A DNA stretch of 64,000 nucleotides. Origin: Ginglymostoma cirratum. Taxonomy: Eukaryota. Position numbers and translations under genes: made by a program. The stretch is taken from NCBI GenBank assembly GCA_024137785.1, contig JAHRHZ010000025.1:28655178-28719177 (forward strand), read 5' to 3'. How positions within the stretch are numbered: position 1 is the stretch's first letter; the number at the start of each line of letters is the position of its first letter. Of the stretch, positions 23,886 to 36,800 are shown piece after piece. The notes below the pieces were generated by a model. The model did not search any database. It saw nothing but the letters and a program-made list of their open reading frames with translations, and was not told where the DNA came from.

Positions 23886-26787
23886 ACACATCCCCAGACG
23901 ATGCCTCTCATGGCTGATGAAATTGTTTTTGTTCACTTGCAATATAGTGAGAGATATAACTGCAAACAGGATCAAAAACACGAACTGCTGTTCAAACAGG
24001 AGTCAAATTTGCTTTTTTAGAGATAACCAAATTAAAAGGCTTTGCAGCTGTCTCAGGCTTACAAAAGAACTCATCATTGAAAGTGCAGTGGCAATGCACT
24101 GCACACTATATACAGATGGTGTAGCTGTAATGGAAAATCACAACTCTTACAATATACTTGCTGGCTTACAGAATTTACAACTGACAATGACTGGCTCCTG
24201 GAGGGACCCAATTTTGTAGGGTCAAATGTTACCTTTTCGTTAAAGAAAATATAACCTGTATAAACTAAATACAGATCAAAACTGTGCCTCTGCCACAAGG
24301 CTGATAGGAGAAGTATTTCCTAATAGCCATGTGATTTTATATCATTTTCCAATGATATAAACGTCCACATTAATCCTTTACATTACTTGAAATAGATTCA
24401 AATCACTGCCCATTAATCGATGTAGAATTCAACAATCTGGTGGCCAGGCCAGATTAACCTCTCACTGAAGACTTAGATGGCGAAGTTTGGGATGGAGTAA
24501 CGACAAAGAGCAAATAACGGACGAGAGGAGAACACATTGCTGGTTACGTATGAAAGAGCAAACTTAGTACTGAAAAACAAAGAAGAAAAGCAAAGAAAAC
24601 CTCCAATTAGATGGACTAAAATCCCGTTCAGGATGTGTATCCAAGCGGTTCTTTTCAGGTTCGGGTAAATATAATTGAGAAGGCTCAACCACATCAATTT
24701 GCTTAAATATGAACGTTTATTAAGTCATAATCAATGAGTATAATGTTAATAATAAATGGAAGAGAAAAGAAAAAAAAGTCTCACGCCCTTCTGGAGCATG
24801 CAATAAATCTCACACCCTCCTGCCCATCTGGGGCCCTTCAATCAATGGCTGGTCTGGAGGAATAGGTTAGTTTGTGTCACCATTCACGATCCCGAGCCGA
24901 GGCGAAGTTCCGCGCTTTGGAACGAGACTCTCTCTCTCTTATACAGTGTAACAAACAGCCAGCACAAAGAAAGCAGATACTGAAAACAAGACACAGCTAC
25001 AGAAAAACAAGTTGCAGGTGCTGTCATCGGCCAGTAAAGGAATGTTAACAAGACTCATCCAAGGTCATGCAGCTTGTTGAGTATCATCACCAATTTTAGC
25101 CATTCAGCCCATCCTATACAATCTATCTATTCGTGCAGCTGTCGATTATCATCACTAACTTTCAGTCCTTCGGCCCATCGTATAAAGATGTGCACCGCAG
25201 TAAACACCTAACAAACATTAGAAAAGCCAGCCCAAAATCAATTGATCATGCAGGTTACCTGCCTTCCTTCTTTTCCAGAGGAAGTCACAAACATTCGGGT
25301 TTTAAGTTTACTTTACAGGAAAGTAAATAACACATGGTGACATAACCAGGGAATGAAGGTCACATCAGAGTTTATTTTGGCCAATCATTTATTTGATTGT
25401 TAATGTTTGCAGAAAACATGTCTCAGCACTAGGTCTCAGTAGAAATAATGACTGCAGTTCACAGACATGTTAGAACTACAAGGCTAATATAAAAGCTTTG
25501 GGGCCAGATGTCAATAAGCATTGCTTAGGATCGAAGGGCCTAAAGGCTCTAGATCACGTGGTTAGAATCATATTGGAAATAGATGCAGAAACCTTGAACA
25601 TGTAATATTGGGTTATACTGACTTTGATAGTTAAACCTCTGGCAAATATGTCAATTTAAGTCCACAGGTGCAGCTCAACTAAATTGCAGGGAAGCACTTT
25701 GCTGCAAGTATGAGAAAGAATAAGTGGCCCAGGAGCTGCTCACTAGCTGAGCGTTGTCTGCTGAGAGCACAGACTGAAAGTGCAGTTTTAATTTATCTGA
25801 GCCAGCTTTTCAGAAAAAAACATGAGAATCCACAGCAGAGGACAGCATTGTTACAAAAGCTTAGGAACAAAATCAGGTAAGATATCCTGATTCTTAAAAC
25901 ACATATTTAAAAAGGCACCAAATGTATCCTTTAAGAAATGTGGAATTTGTGGGGCAGGAATTAATCCCTAGACACTGCATTGTGGAATGAAAATAAATGT
26001 CTGAATGGACAGGCTGTGATGTTAATTCCACAAAATGCATCATCCAATGAGAAACTCTCCAGAAGGTGATTCTAATGTTGGAGTAAGACAAGAATACCTT
26101 AAAGTAAGAAGTGATACAAGATTAGGAAATTTAAGAATAGAGATTACAAGATTGATCCACTCTAGTATAAAGTCCTTACATATCGAAAACTCACAAAACT
26201 GCAAAGAAATATTTCAAAATCAAAGTAAATGTTCATTACTCTTTAAGCCCCTGAAAAATGAATTTATTAATACAAATGACCATCTATAGATTCAATATGA
26301 ACACACAAGGAAATTCTGCCAGACAATAGCCCAAGTTGAGCAGTTCTCACACAGCCTGTTAAAAGACCCAACTTATATCGCAGATTGCTACAGTTCAGAT
26401 TCTAGCACAGGGGCTTCTCAAATTATGAGTCATAAACCCACTGAGATTTTGGGATCACATGCTCTGAGGCTGCCGGGGGGGGTCAGATTGAACATACACA
26501 GCTGCAAACCCCTTTTATCGTCAAATCTTTTTCAAATAAGACCTTGAGATAAATGCACTCCATCCTGCACTCCAGAGCTTAACCAACCTCTCCACCTGCA
26601 GCTAAAGTATTAATCCTTGACCCACCCCCTCAAGAGTTAAAACACACACCTGCGCACACACAAGGTTACACAAAGGCACATCAGGGAAAGGTTTGGGAAG
26701 TACGGTTCCAGGATACTAACGTAACCTGCCCAAGTTGACATCTCAATTTCATATTTCAAGTGACTGATGTTTTTCCTGTTGGAGACT

Positions 26788-27006
26788 TGTAGTAATTGGA
26801 ATGATGGCCAAGTGGATCCATTGACTATAAGATCCTTGATTGGGGCTTTTAACCTGGGCCAATCAGGGAGCCCTGGATGATAGATATAAACAAGGGATTC
26901 AGAATCTCCTCAGTCTAGGGACCAGCTGGTCAGAGGCAGTGTAATGTGCATATTTAAATAAAAGGTGACTAAGTGATGGGATACCAGCCTCTGTGCAGTT
27001 ATTTCA
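26788..27006 (+). mobile_element. solo LTR (219 bp) with 5-bp target-site duplication AGACT
   Basis: TG...CA termini, AGACT at 26783-26787 and 27007-27011, internal CCAAT, TATAAA and AATAAA in the expected order. Confidence 0.8.
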
Positions 27007-28599
27007 AGACTGATTAGCCAGATGAAGACTGTATTTGGAATGTCCAGCAACTGATAAAACAAAAAGATAACCATTCCTTTGCTGTTAAAGATCCTTTATG
27101 TAATCATAAAATTTCTTATTGATTTTGATGTCCCTTGCAAGTTTCTTTTCTAATCCCTTTCTGTATTTTATCTAAGCTGCTTTGTGGCCCTTTTCTGGTC
27201 TATTGTGGGGGTCTGTGACCTTACTGGTACGTTAGAAATAGGGAGAAGAGCACAGTGCAATTATCGGTTCTGATGATAAATAGGACTTAATAATCCTGGA
27301 TGAATCAGTGACGTTCCAGCGCTAAATCAACAACAGCTTGCATTTTATAGTGCCTTTAACACAAAAAGTCCAAAGAAACTTATCTTTGTTGAGTCATGAA
27401 AGGTAAAATTTGGATGGTTTGACCAAAACCTTACTCATGGGATGGGTTTTAAAGAGCATCTTAAAAGGTGAAAGACGGATTTATGAATGTTAGATTATTG
27501 AATTATGAAGCACAAAGAATTTTTGGCGGGGGGGGAGCGGTATGCAGATTGAAATTATTCAAACAGTATTTGGGAGTTGTGGGAGGGGCAGAGGAATGAT
27601 GAGGTCATTTGGGGGTGGCAGAGATTCAGACAATAACTCCTAATATTAACGTAGTGCCTTTACCTCAGCAAAACGCCCCAAGACACTTAACCATTACAAA
27701 TCATTGTTTTAAATTTGCAGTCAATTCAAAAAAGTCTTCAAAAACTCTCAAATATGATTTGACAAATATGTGCGTTAATGAGAAATAAATCAATATCTGA
27801 AGGAACCACATCTTTAATACGGCAAGGCATTTTGCATAGCCCACAAAAATGATTAAACATTTCTTGCCCAGAAAAAATCTTTCAATTTTTTGCTCTGTCT
27901 TTGCCAAGAATTCTACTTCTGTGGGTAGACAGCTAATGGTGAATTTAATCACATCTGTAAATGTGAAAGGTCTCTGATACACGGTCTCAGTCACAATTAA
28001 ATCCCATTTTGTTCAAAGTGTGTAGCCCCCTTTTAATTCCTCATGTAAAAGTCACAGGTGGAATTTAAGCAGCAGCTCCCAATCAAAATCAACTAATTAC
28101 ATCTCACTTGCGAAGCACATACTCTTTTTGTGAAAAACTGTGACCAGAACACAGTGAGATAAGAATTTATACATACTCTTACAATGTCAGTCACATTTGT
28201 ATTTTATCTATCAGAGGATAAGTTTCTTCAATGGTTCCACTCAACCTTTTCTTTTCTAGTCTTGTGTTAATTTAATAACTTTAAAAAATTCCACTTCATT
28301 GACTGAAACCATCATTGATTGGCAAAGTCGTAACAAAAACAGGAACACAGCTGTAGGAGCGAAGTGTGCCTTTTTGAAAATAATGTACAGGTGTTCCAAC
28401 AGGAAGGGAAATGTTTATATGCAGGCTCAGTTCCTAAACCAGGCCCTGCTGTTTCACGGCTGCTGTCAGTGATATTTCAGTCACATGGTCGCACCAGAAC
28501 AAACACTATCTTGCTCTGGTACAGATATGCAAGAGTTGCCGATGTGTTGTTCTCTCCAATTTTCCATGTTTTCTTGTCAAATATTTTTGCATAACATTC

Positions 28600-29930
28600 T
28601 ATCCTAGGATGGCACTGGCTTAGCTTATCTCTGACAGAATGTCAGATGGGCCGCTACAATTGCCACTTGTTCTTTTACGCCAATAAGTTTCCTACACCTT
28701 ATTAGTGTCCAATAACCTCGCTGAATTTATAGATGTCCAATGAAAACAAGATTGAGTTCATCTGTAGTCTGCACCACAATCAAACTGCCACTGGCACTCA
28801 TTTCAGTGGACACATGAGAACTGGGCACAAATTGATTACTGCCCTAAAGGAGCCAACATCCTCATATCCAAAGGGTAAATCCTGATTCTGCTTTGTGCCT
28901 GTGCTGAGACAAGTAGCTCACCGTTCCAGCCTGTGCAACATCAGACTGAGGGCATTGTAAGCTGATGTAATAAATTAGGCTGTCAGTTCAGAGATGGATA
29001 AACACCGTAGCATGGACACATTCACCAATGTGTACAGTGACTCCAGCCTTACAGTCAGCATGAAGAAAACTAAAGCAATGTATCAACCTGTTCCAAGATA
29101 GCCATAACTCCAGACCATGACCAAAACCAATCACAGTGGATAAGTTAACATCTCAGCGGCACGCCAATGCAACTTGTCCAGATCAAAAAGGTACGTGCAG
29201 GAATTGTCAATTTCGGCAACTTCAAACATCAGACTGGGAATGAAGAGAAGTAAGTCTGCCTGCCAAACAAAATCTACAGAGCAACAGCCCTCTCCACTCT
29301 GCTCTACTTGGACTGTGTCTACCAGCATCACGCCAAGAAAATCGATCACTTTCACTTGAGCCAACCTCAGAAATTGTTAAAGGCCAGATGATCAGACAAA
29401 ATACCAGAAACTGAGGTGCCCACCCGAGCTGGCATCCAATGCATTGACACCACAATGAAAGAGTCAGGACTGATTTGCGTTGGTGACGTAGCCAGAATGC
29501 CTGACACTCGCTCAGCAAACCGACCAAAACAGTGCTGTCTAGGGTGCACTTTCATGGCAGTCTAGAGGAAGAGCTGAAAGATCACTCTGAAGGCTTTGCT
29601 TGAGGAGTTTTGATATCGACCCCAAGCCGTGCAAGAAGCACCCGTGGATTGCTGGACCTCATGCCATCAAATTAAGTAAAAATGGTGCCACCTCCTCTGA
29701 AAATAGAGACAGGATAAAGGGAAATGGTTCACTGCATTACGACCAGACCATGAAAATTTCAGATACTGAGGATGAAACAGTGCAATCCTAGTGACATTCG
29801 TGTCAAGTTGGGCCTATCTACATTTTGGATCTTTCTCCTACACCCTTTTTCAGTGATAAAACCAGATCTTGTCCACTGCTGGTTTGTTAAATCCTGCCCA
29901 ACACCTTTTACTGTCATTCACATCCCCATA
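28600..29930 (+). mobile_element. degenerate RTE-clade LINE, RT C-terminal region
   Basis: LTVSMKKTKAMYQP, DKIPETEVPTRAGI, VARMPDTR, KITLKALLRSFDIDP resemble RTE ORF motifs. Confidence 0.7.
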
Positions 29931-29984
29931 ACAGTGGGCATGGTAAATGCTTCCACAATTCTGTCAGTCACCTCCCTTTCATCA

Positions 29985-30080
29985 GAGATAATGAAGCGTT
30001 TAGGCCCGAAACGTCAAGTTTTCCTGCTCCTATGATGCTGCTTGACCTGCTGTGTTCATCCAGCCCCACGCTTGTTATCC
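29985..30080 (+). mobile_element. Penelope-like terminal fragment, mutated hammerhead core
   Basis: nearly identical to 23797-23883. Confidence 0.7.
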
Positions 30081-30279
30081 CTTTCATCACCCCATTTCCA
30101 TCACAAAAACATTCTTAACCTCTCTTTATTTGCAATCTTCCATTTTCCTTTTCTTTCAAGGTGCTTGAATGGGATATTGCCTCCCAAATCTGTATTTATC
30201 TTTTCTGCAACTGAAAGCTCGAACTTCTCCAATCCCCATATGTATCTCCCCCTGTACAATATCACTTGAGCCCTTCGGC

Positions 30280-31200
30280 AGATTTGCGACAAGAACTTTG
30301 AAAACGTGAATCGCAGTAACGCTGGTTGGGGGTGGCGGCGGGGGGGGAATTCATCCATATTTAATTACACATTTCATTGCTGCTTTTTTTAAAAAAAACG
30401 ACTTCTTAATGCTGGAAGAGCGAGCAAAATCCCTGTTGATCGAAGTGGATCGCTTTCCAGCCCATGTTAAAGTTTGGGTCAGTCGTTAAACAAAGTGCGG
30501 ACCGAAAGGGAGCGCAAATTCAACGCTGCAAAACGTCTGGAAATATTAGTTATACTGAGAGCAAAGTGCACCTCGTTTACTGCACATTGATTTTAAAATG
30601 CTACACAAGCCTCGAACTTTTTAAATTCCTCGAACCTTCTCTCGGTTAGCAGATACTGATTTAGAAATGTGTGTGTTTAAGCAGCTAGATCTCCCCAAAA
30701 TGTAGCAGCTCTTTCTAACCCCCCAAGCCAGCCGCCCTGGTAGATTTAGCGCCAACGTGGATGGCTGTGCTTCTGATGATTCTCTGGGTTTGTAGGAGAA
30801 GCGCTGCAGCAGCGCTGAGCCTGCTCATACCCACCGCCTCCGCATGCAATTCCGGGGAGATCCGATCTGTCAGCTTGATCGCTCCCGTCAGCATAAAAAA
30901 CAGACCCAACAAGACGCGAATAACCACGAACACAAGCGCCATGCTCGTCACTTCATCAGAATGAAACTGGCAACAAAGTGCAATTGACTTCTTAAAGGGC
31001 CACACACTTCTCTTTGGCAACCAAAACAAAAACTGCCTCGTGTCACCTACTCCTCTGTCACTCATCACATTCTTTTTCTTTTAACTTTTCAAAAATATAT
31101 TCATAAAATAACTTTATATACATGCACAGCCACTCAAGCAGTTCCGTTCTTTTAAAGCGGCCTGCGAAGAAACGAACGAAACATCGGAATGAAAACCGAA
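30280..31200 (-). promoter_or_regulatory. CpG-enriched first-exon/promoter region of TMEM35B
   Basis: visibly higher CpG density than flanks, spanning exon 1. Confidence 0.5.
30835..30942 (-). CDS. TMEM35B: TMEM35B (DoxX-like membrane protein) coding exon 1, MALVFVVIRVLLGLFFMLTGAIKLTDRISPELHAEA
   Basis: agcATGG Kozak context, 36 codons, GCG|gtgggt donor; resembles TMEM35B N-terminus (MALLLSVLRVLLGGFF...KL...IS); CpG-rich surroundings. Confidence 0.9.
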
Positions 31201-31325
31201 ATACCTGCAGATGCTGGAAATCAGTAACAAAACCAGAAGTTGCTGGAAAAGCTCAGCAGGTCTGGCAGCATCAGCGGAGCGAGATCAGAGTTAACATTTC
31301 GGGTCCAGTGACTCTTCGTCAAGAC
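31190..31325 (-). mobile_element. Penelope-like terminal fragment upstream of TMEM35B
   Basis: gttgctggaaaagctcagcaggtctggcagcatc...gttaacatttcgggtcc family sequence. Confidence 0.65.
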
Positions 31326-31825
31326 AAACTCTTTAAGCAAACATTGGAGTTTGATTCTATTTAACAACAAACCATAAGCATTTCTTCCTTGAACAATATT
31401 TACATACATACGAGGCACCAGGAGGTAACTGATGACTGGACTGGCGCCCCACTTTGACAGAAAGACCTCAGACGGTGGTCTTTCTCACTGCGCCTTGCCG
31501 GCAGCTGCCCCAACCTTTAATGAATCCCTCAGCACGCAGTCCTTTGACCTTGGAATATGTCTGTCTGCAACCCTTGGTCGAGGCCAACTCCTTGCTGTGG
31601 AAAACTAACAAGTTTCGGGCAGACCAGGTCAGACTCAGTTGATGTTTGTCCTAGTGTGTGTCTCAGGGGACAGCCTGTGGGGAGACACTGTCCTGCTGTT
31701 AGTGTCCAGGGAGTATCACAGTACTCCATCAATTCCAGCCCTTATTTTGGTGACAACGAGAGGCTCCCTAAGTTTGTAGCTCCTTGTTTTCTTTACTCTA
31801 AAATGGACTATTTTTATTAGGAACG

Positions 31826-32290
31826 AAAACAAAGTTGCTGGAAAAGCTCAGCAGGTCTGGCAGCATCTGTGGAGGAGAAAACAGAGTTAACGTTTCGGGT
31901 CCGGTGACCCTTCCTCAGAACTGATGGTGGCTGGCAAAACGTCAGTTTATATGCATAGAAACTGCATTTGCTGCATATAAACTGACGTTTTCCCAGCCAC
32001 TATCAGTTCTGAGGAAGGGTCACCGGACCCGAAACGTTAACTCTGTTTTCTCGACAGATACTTCACAGCAGTGAAGTCCATTAGATCAGTTTCGTTCTAC
32101 AGCATAACCCATAAAAACAATCTTCTGCCCTCGGTGCTCACATTTCAGTTGTAGAGTTTGGACCCAGGCTGGAAATGGAGGTGTCTTTTGTCTTCAATAT
32201 GCTCGCTAACCAACTGCCAGACCTGCTGAGCTTTTCCAGCAACTTTGTTTTTGTTCCTGATTTACAGCATCCGCAGTTCTTTTGGTTTTT
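31826..32290. mobile_element. inverted pair of Penelope-like termini, each with a hammerhead core; right arm interrupted by a 154-bp insertion
   Basis: 31875-31955 is the reverse complement of 31972-32052 (2 mismatches); outer arms resume at 32216. Confidence 0.85.
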
Positions 32291-34515
32291 GTCTATTTTT
32301 ATTGATGTGTGTTATCCAAAGTATTGATCTACAATATAATCGTCTGGACTTGTGTTTCAAAAGAACATTTTGCAAAGCCAAAAACACTGCCAAAACAGCA
32401 ACAATGTTGCACTTGCAAGGAACAGCTGCTCGGATGGAGCCACCAAGTCTGCAACTCTTGGTGAGAGAGTTACATGCTCCAGATTGGATTTGAACAGTCT
32501 GAGAGAATTTGCCTCAGGAGCAAAAGCGTTTGACCTCTCTCTCTATTTCCTCTGAAATCCCTCTCAAAAGTTTGTAACTGATAAACCCACTGGAAAATCT
32601 CATCACGACAAGTGGAAGTTGCCGAAAGGAGAATTCGAAATGTATGTCACTATCAGTTCTCTGCTCCTAACTAGATTATAACACTAATGTCAGCTGGGCT
32701 CAACTGCATCCCTTGACAATAACAGCATTTTTCTAAAGAAATGGACAGAGATTAGTAACAAATGATGCAAACCCATCACCAGCCTCTCACATCTTAGCTA
32801 AAGAGGAACACTAACTCCTCAGAAAGGATTCAAAGTTAGAAAAAGTAAGTCAAAGGGACATGCTTTTTGCAGGGTATTTGAGAACACTGGGCCACACATT
32901 AACTGTCAGCAAAGTCAATCATACAACCCTGACATGATGCATGTTCCACTTTACAACAGCCCATTCTGACCAACTCTTCACTTTTTAATGTATTCAGGAA
33001 AAAAAAGCAAAGAAAGAAAATGAACTAGATCCTTCGGCTTTTAATCCCACCAGCACCGCATCACATGTGTCATTACTCAGTCAGTCTTTCTACTTTGTGC
33101 ACTAACTCTTGAGACATTCGCTCAAGGGAGATTAAAGAGGAGCCAAAGGGGAATGCACACAGGGGAGCTGTACAGGTTAGGAGAAGCAGTTGTGGGACAG
33201 AATGCACTGCTGATGGCAATGTTAACAGTCATTGTTTCGGTGCTCAGATCTCATGAGCCTTGCTTTTAAAAGAAAGACGCTTACACATCATTGAACATAT
33301 TTACAGGTACTGGAAAAGGTTCTCCATGTTGTGCAGCAGATGCCAGGTTACTGAGAGAATCCACCGCCTGCAACCCTGGCATCATAGGTTCACAGCAGTG
33401 AAGTCCATTAGATCAGTTTCGTTCTACTGCATAACCCATAAAAACAATCTTCTGCCCTCACTGCTCACATTTCAGCTGTCCAGAGTTTGGACCCAGACTG
33501 GAAATGGAGGTGTGTTTTGTCTTCAATATGCTCGCTAACCAACTCTCAAAACTTCTCTGAACTTATTGGTGCCTCTAGGTTTTCTTTCCAATAAATCAGG
33601 GACATGCACTGACACAAAATGCAGTCTGTTGCAGATCTGTCTCAGGAGATAATTTCCTTCCCAATCAGAAATAATTCAATCTAACTACACAGAGGCTACC
33701 TTATATATTCCTACTACACAGGTAGCATTTGGGCATTGGGTTTAAAGGATCACATATCACACACTTGCACCAAAGGAAGCTTAGTGGAAAAGTACAGTGT
33801 GTACACAATATGGGCATTGACTGAAATTACAGTTGCTCTGAATTTGTATTCATGGAAGCATTAACACCAAGCTTGTGATCAGTAGCAAAGTGGAGGCATA
33901 TGCCTTTAAAACTATATTCCTATTTTTCTCTCATAGGCTGCAGCAGGAACTAACTTTTCCGATTGTAGCATAGGTCCATGGTGGAGTTAAATAGGAAAGT
34001 TGACTGGTGACATGCAATTCCAACAAAGCCATGCTTGCTTTGATGTCAGCAGGTATAGATGTGCCCTTTGAAGTCGGCCTTAAGCTCAATGACAGGTAAG
34101 TGTTTTAATTATTTTAAATGTTTTCTTTGTTCCACGTTTAATTCTAGCACCTGGTTCACCTCTGCCAGTGTCACAGAAACAGAGAAGGGTGAGACATCTA
34201 AACATGACACTGATCACCCTAAATTGGAGAACCGAGGGTCTTTGTAAGTCTGGGACAGGAACAATAAATGAGTGAGACTTAGTGTGCAATAGAAAAAAAA
34301 AGCACAGTTTTCAATGAGCTAAAGTTTAAAGATTATGAAGATTGAGTGACCAGCCAAAAGTGAATTAAAATAATTGAATTTTGTGAGCAGATCTGGTTTA
34401 CTCATTCTAGATTTAATGTGCTTAACTTGACCACTTTTAGCGAAGCTTCACAAAAATATGTATACTGTTAGTCTGACAAAGACGTTGAGGTGCCAGTGTT
34501 GGACTGGGGTGGACA

Positions 34516-34892
34516 AGGTCAGAAATCACACAACATCAGGTTATAATCCAACAGGTTTATTTGAAAACACAAGCTTTCTGAGCCTTACTCCTTCTTCAGG
34601 TGCTGTTAAATTTTTAATATGTATGTGTAATTCCCCGACTTAAAAGAAATTTGGGGATTTACATATATATACTAATCAATTAAAACCTTCTAACTGATTA
34701 AAGATTTGACAGCATCGTAGATTTGTTTAATACATTCTCATCAGTGGTGTGACCCTTTGATCTTTTACTTATAAATTCTATGTCTCATTCCACCTCTCTC
34801 ACTAACACCTGAAGAAGGAGTGAGGCTCAAAAAGCTTGTGTTTTCAAATAAACCTGTTGGACTATAGCCTCGTGTTGCGTGATTCCTAACCT
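34516..34892. mobile_element. second Penelope-like family, inverted termini (34516-34602 / 34807-34892)
   Basis: cacctgaagaaggagtgaggctcaaaaagcttgtgttttcaaataaacctgttggactata and its reverse complement; degenerate hammerhead cores. Confidence 0.7.
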
Positions 34893-36199
34893 AGTCTAAC
34901 AAAGCACAGAGGCAAACTTGTGCGGTCACCCTCTGCCACTCGAACATAATAATCACTAATATTATACGTAGCAACTGTGCACTACAGATGATTGATTAGA
35001 AGTACTTCAAATATGCTGCAATTGAAGAGTAAGTCATTCATAATCAGCTGTTAAAAGATACTTTGTGTTATTCGTTTCTACTAATTACATTCACCGTACT
35101 TTTAAAAGTATTGTTAGAACAGACAATGGGAAAGAGTTGATCAAGGCCCCTCCAGAATCTTATCAGTAGTACTTCCCTTGAGTCTCAAACCATAAGGACA
35201 TTGATGAATAAAAGATTGTTCACTTTTAAGATAAAAGAAACACTCTAAAACTTAATTATCTTCAAACTTAAAGCAATCTGCACAGACAAATAAATCCAAT
35301 CAAACTGACTATTACCACATTATCAACATAATATATTTCAACAATATCTTTTAATAAAGGTGGGGGGAGGTTAATTCCGCACTAGGTATAAAAAGAGGGT
35401 TGTGAGAGGATTTACTTTTGAGTCTTTCATTAATCCTGTAACAGTTTGAATGCATTCCTGCCCCATTTAGATTGAGGTCAGCTAATTTAGTTTTCAAGAT
35501 ACAATTCTCAAGGCAGAGGACCTCTGTCTGTGAGTTGCATTCCTGTCAGTGTAAAAACGGGAGGTGCTTTGCCTCAAGGAAGGAAGAGATTTCCTGTTTG
35601 TGAGCTGGATGTTGGATATCCAGTTTAAATTCCATTTTGTGTTTCTGATAAGCATATTTTGTTGTATCTTGTCATGTGTCAGTTAAATAGCCCTTAGATC
35701 CTAGATGAGTATATTGTTCTGATTGATTATACTTAATAAAATGTGATAATATTCATTAATACATTAATTTCCGCGTCTTACCTGATGGTATATCTCTACT
35801 GAATTTGAAGCATCGAAATGAAACAGTTTAAAAGGGCTCAATGCAGACATCTAATTAGATGAGATTAGCCAAATTGAACTTATCCAAGTTATTTAAACAG
35901 CCTTTCCAAATTTACAACTTGCAGTTGACAATGTGTGAGAGATTCAGAAGCTTACGTTTCAGTTGTGTCAGCATCACTGACTATTATCCATATTTTGCCA
36001 ACATTTCTATAGGTAGTCCTAAACCAAAAATGACCTGATAAAATGGTAGGTATGGTAATGAAAACATTTAAATGGAAATAACCCAAAGATTGGTTTTAAA
36101 GATTTCAAATGATGAGGCTGTGACTATTTCTGATGGGAGTTTCATCCATTGTTGAATGTTCCTTGGCGGGGTAAAAGTATTGCATCTTTAAGACAAATT

Positions 36200-36800
36200 A
36201 CGTTTATATTTTGAATGATGAGGCAGAGGTAGGAACTGAGGCCGGAGATTTTCCAGATGTGAAAGTAAGTAGATAATGTGTTAGTAAGGATGCAGGGTTT
36301 ATGCTGAGTTCAGAGCCTGATGGGGTTCCCAGGTTGGGAGCTGTCTTGATTCAACCTAAAACAGTGTTTGGAGAAAGGAATGCAATCAGTGACAAGAATA
36401 AAGGTTTTTTTTGAGAGCATTGAAATTCATGGATGGAATCTTCAAACTCTTCAGTGAATTGAGTTCATCCAAGATTGGATGTTGGACAAACAGTCTGACA
36501 ACACAGAGACAGTGGAGTGATTGCGTGAGATAAGGAGAGGTACAGCTGGCTGTCTCAGCCAGCAGATCTTCTGATAATGTGGTCAAAGGATACAAGTGTA
36601 TGATAAAGAGAATGGAATGAAGAGTAGAATCTTGGAAATGCAGAGAAGGGAAATCATTGCTTGAGATGATTTAGCTACAATTGTAACAAAACAAGGCAGT
36701 CTACTGAGCTGGAGAATATGGAAGATGCATTAGAGAAGGATAGTGTGGTCAATCGTGTCAAATCCTGAAGAGAGATCGGAGTGATTGAAGAGTCAAGGAT
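36200..36800 (-). mobile_element. L2 LINE RT fragment (apparently continues at ~39055-39650)
   Basis: minus frame DLSSGFDTIDHTILL near 36735-36778. Confidence 0.6.

Noticed and set aside
24420-25340. Possible minus-strand LTR (TATA near 24940, AATAAA near 24720)
   Set aside because: Could not define termini or a TSD.
26408-26460. hAT-like terminal repeat caggggcttctcaaa
   Set aside because: No matching opposite end or 8-bp TSD found.
30715-31068. 117-aa ORF as a complete single-exon gene
   Set aside because: Only 30942-30835 is TMEM35B-like; the rest is 5' flank and intron read-through past the donor.
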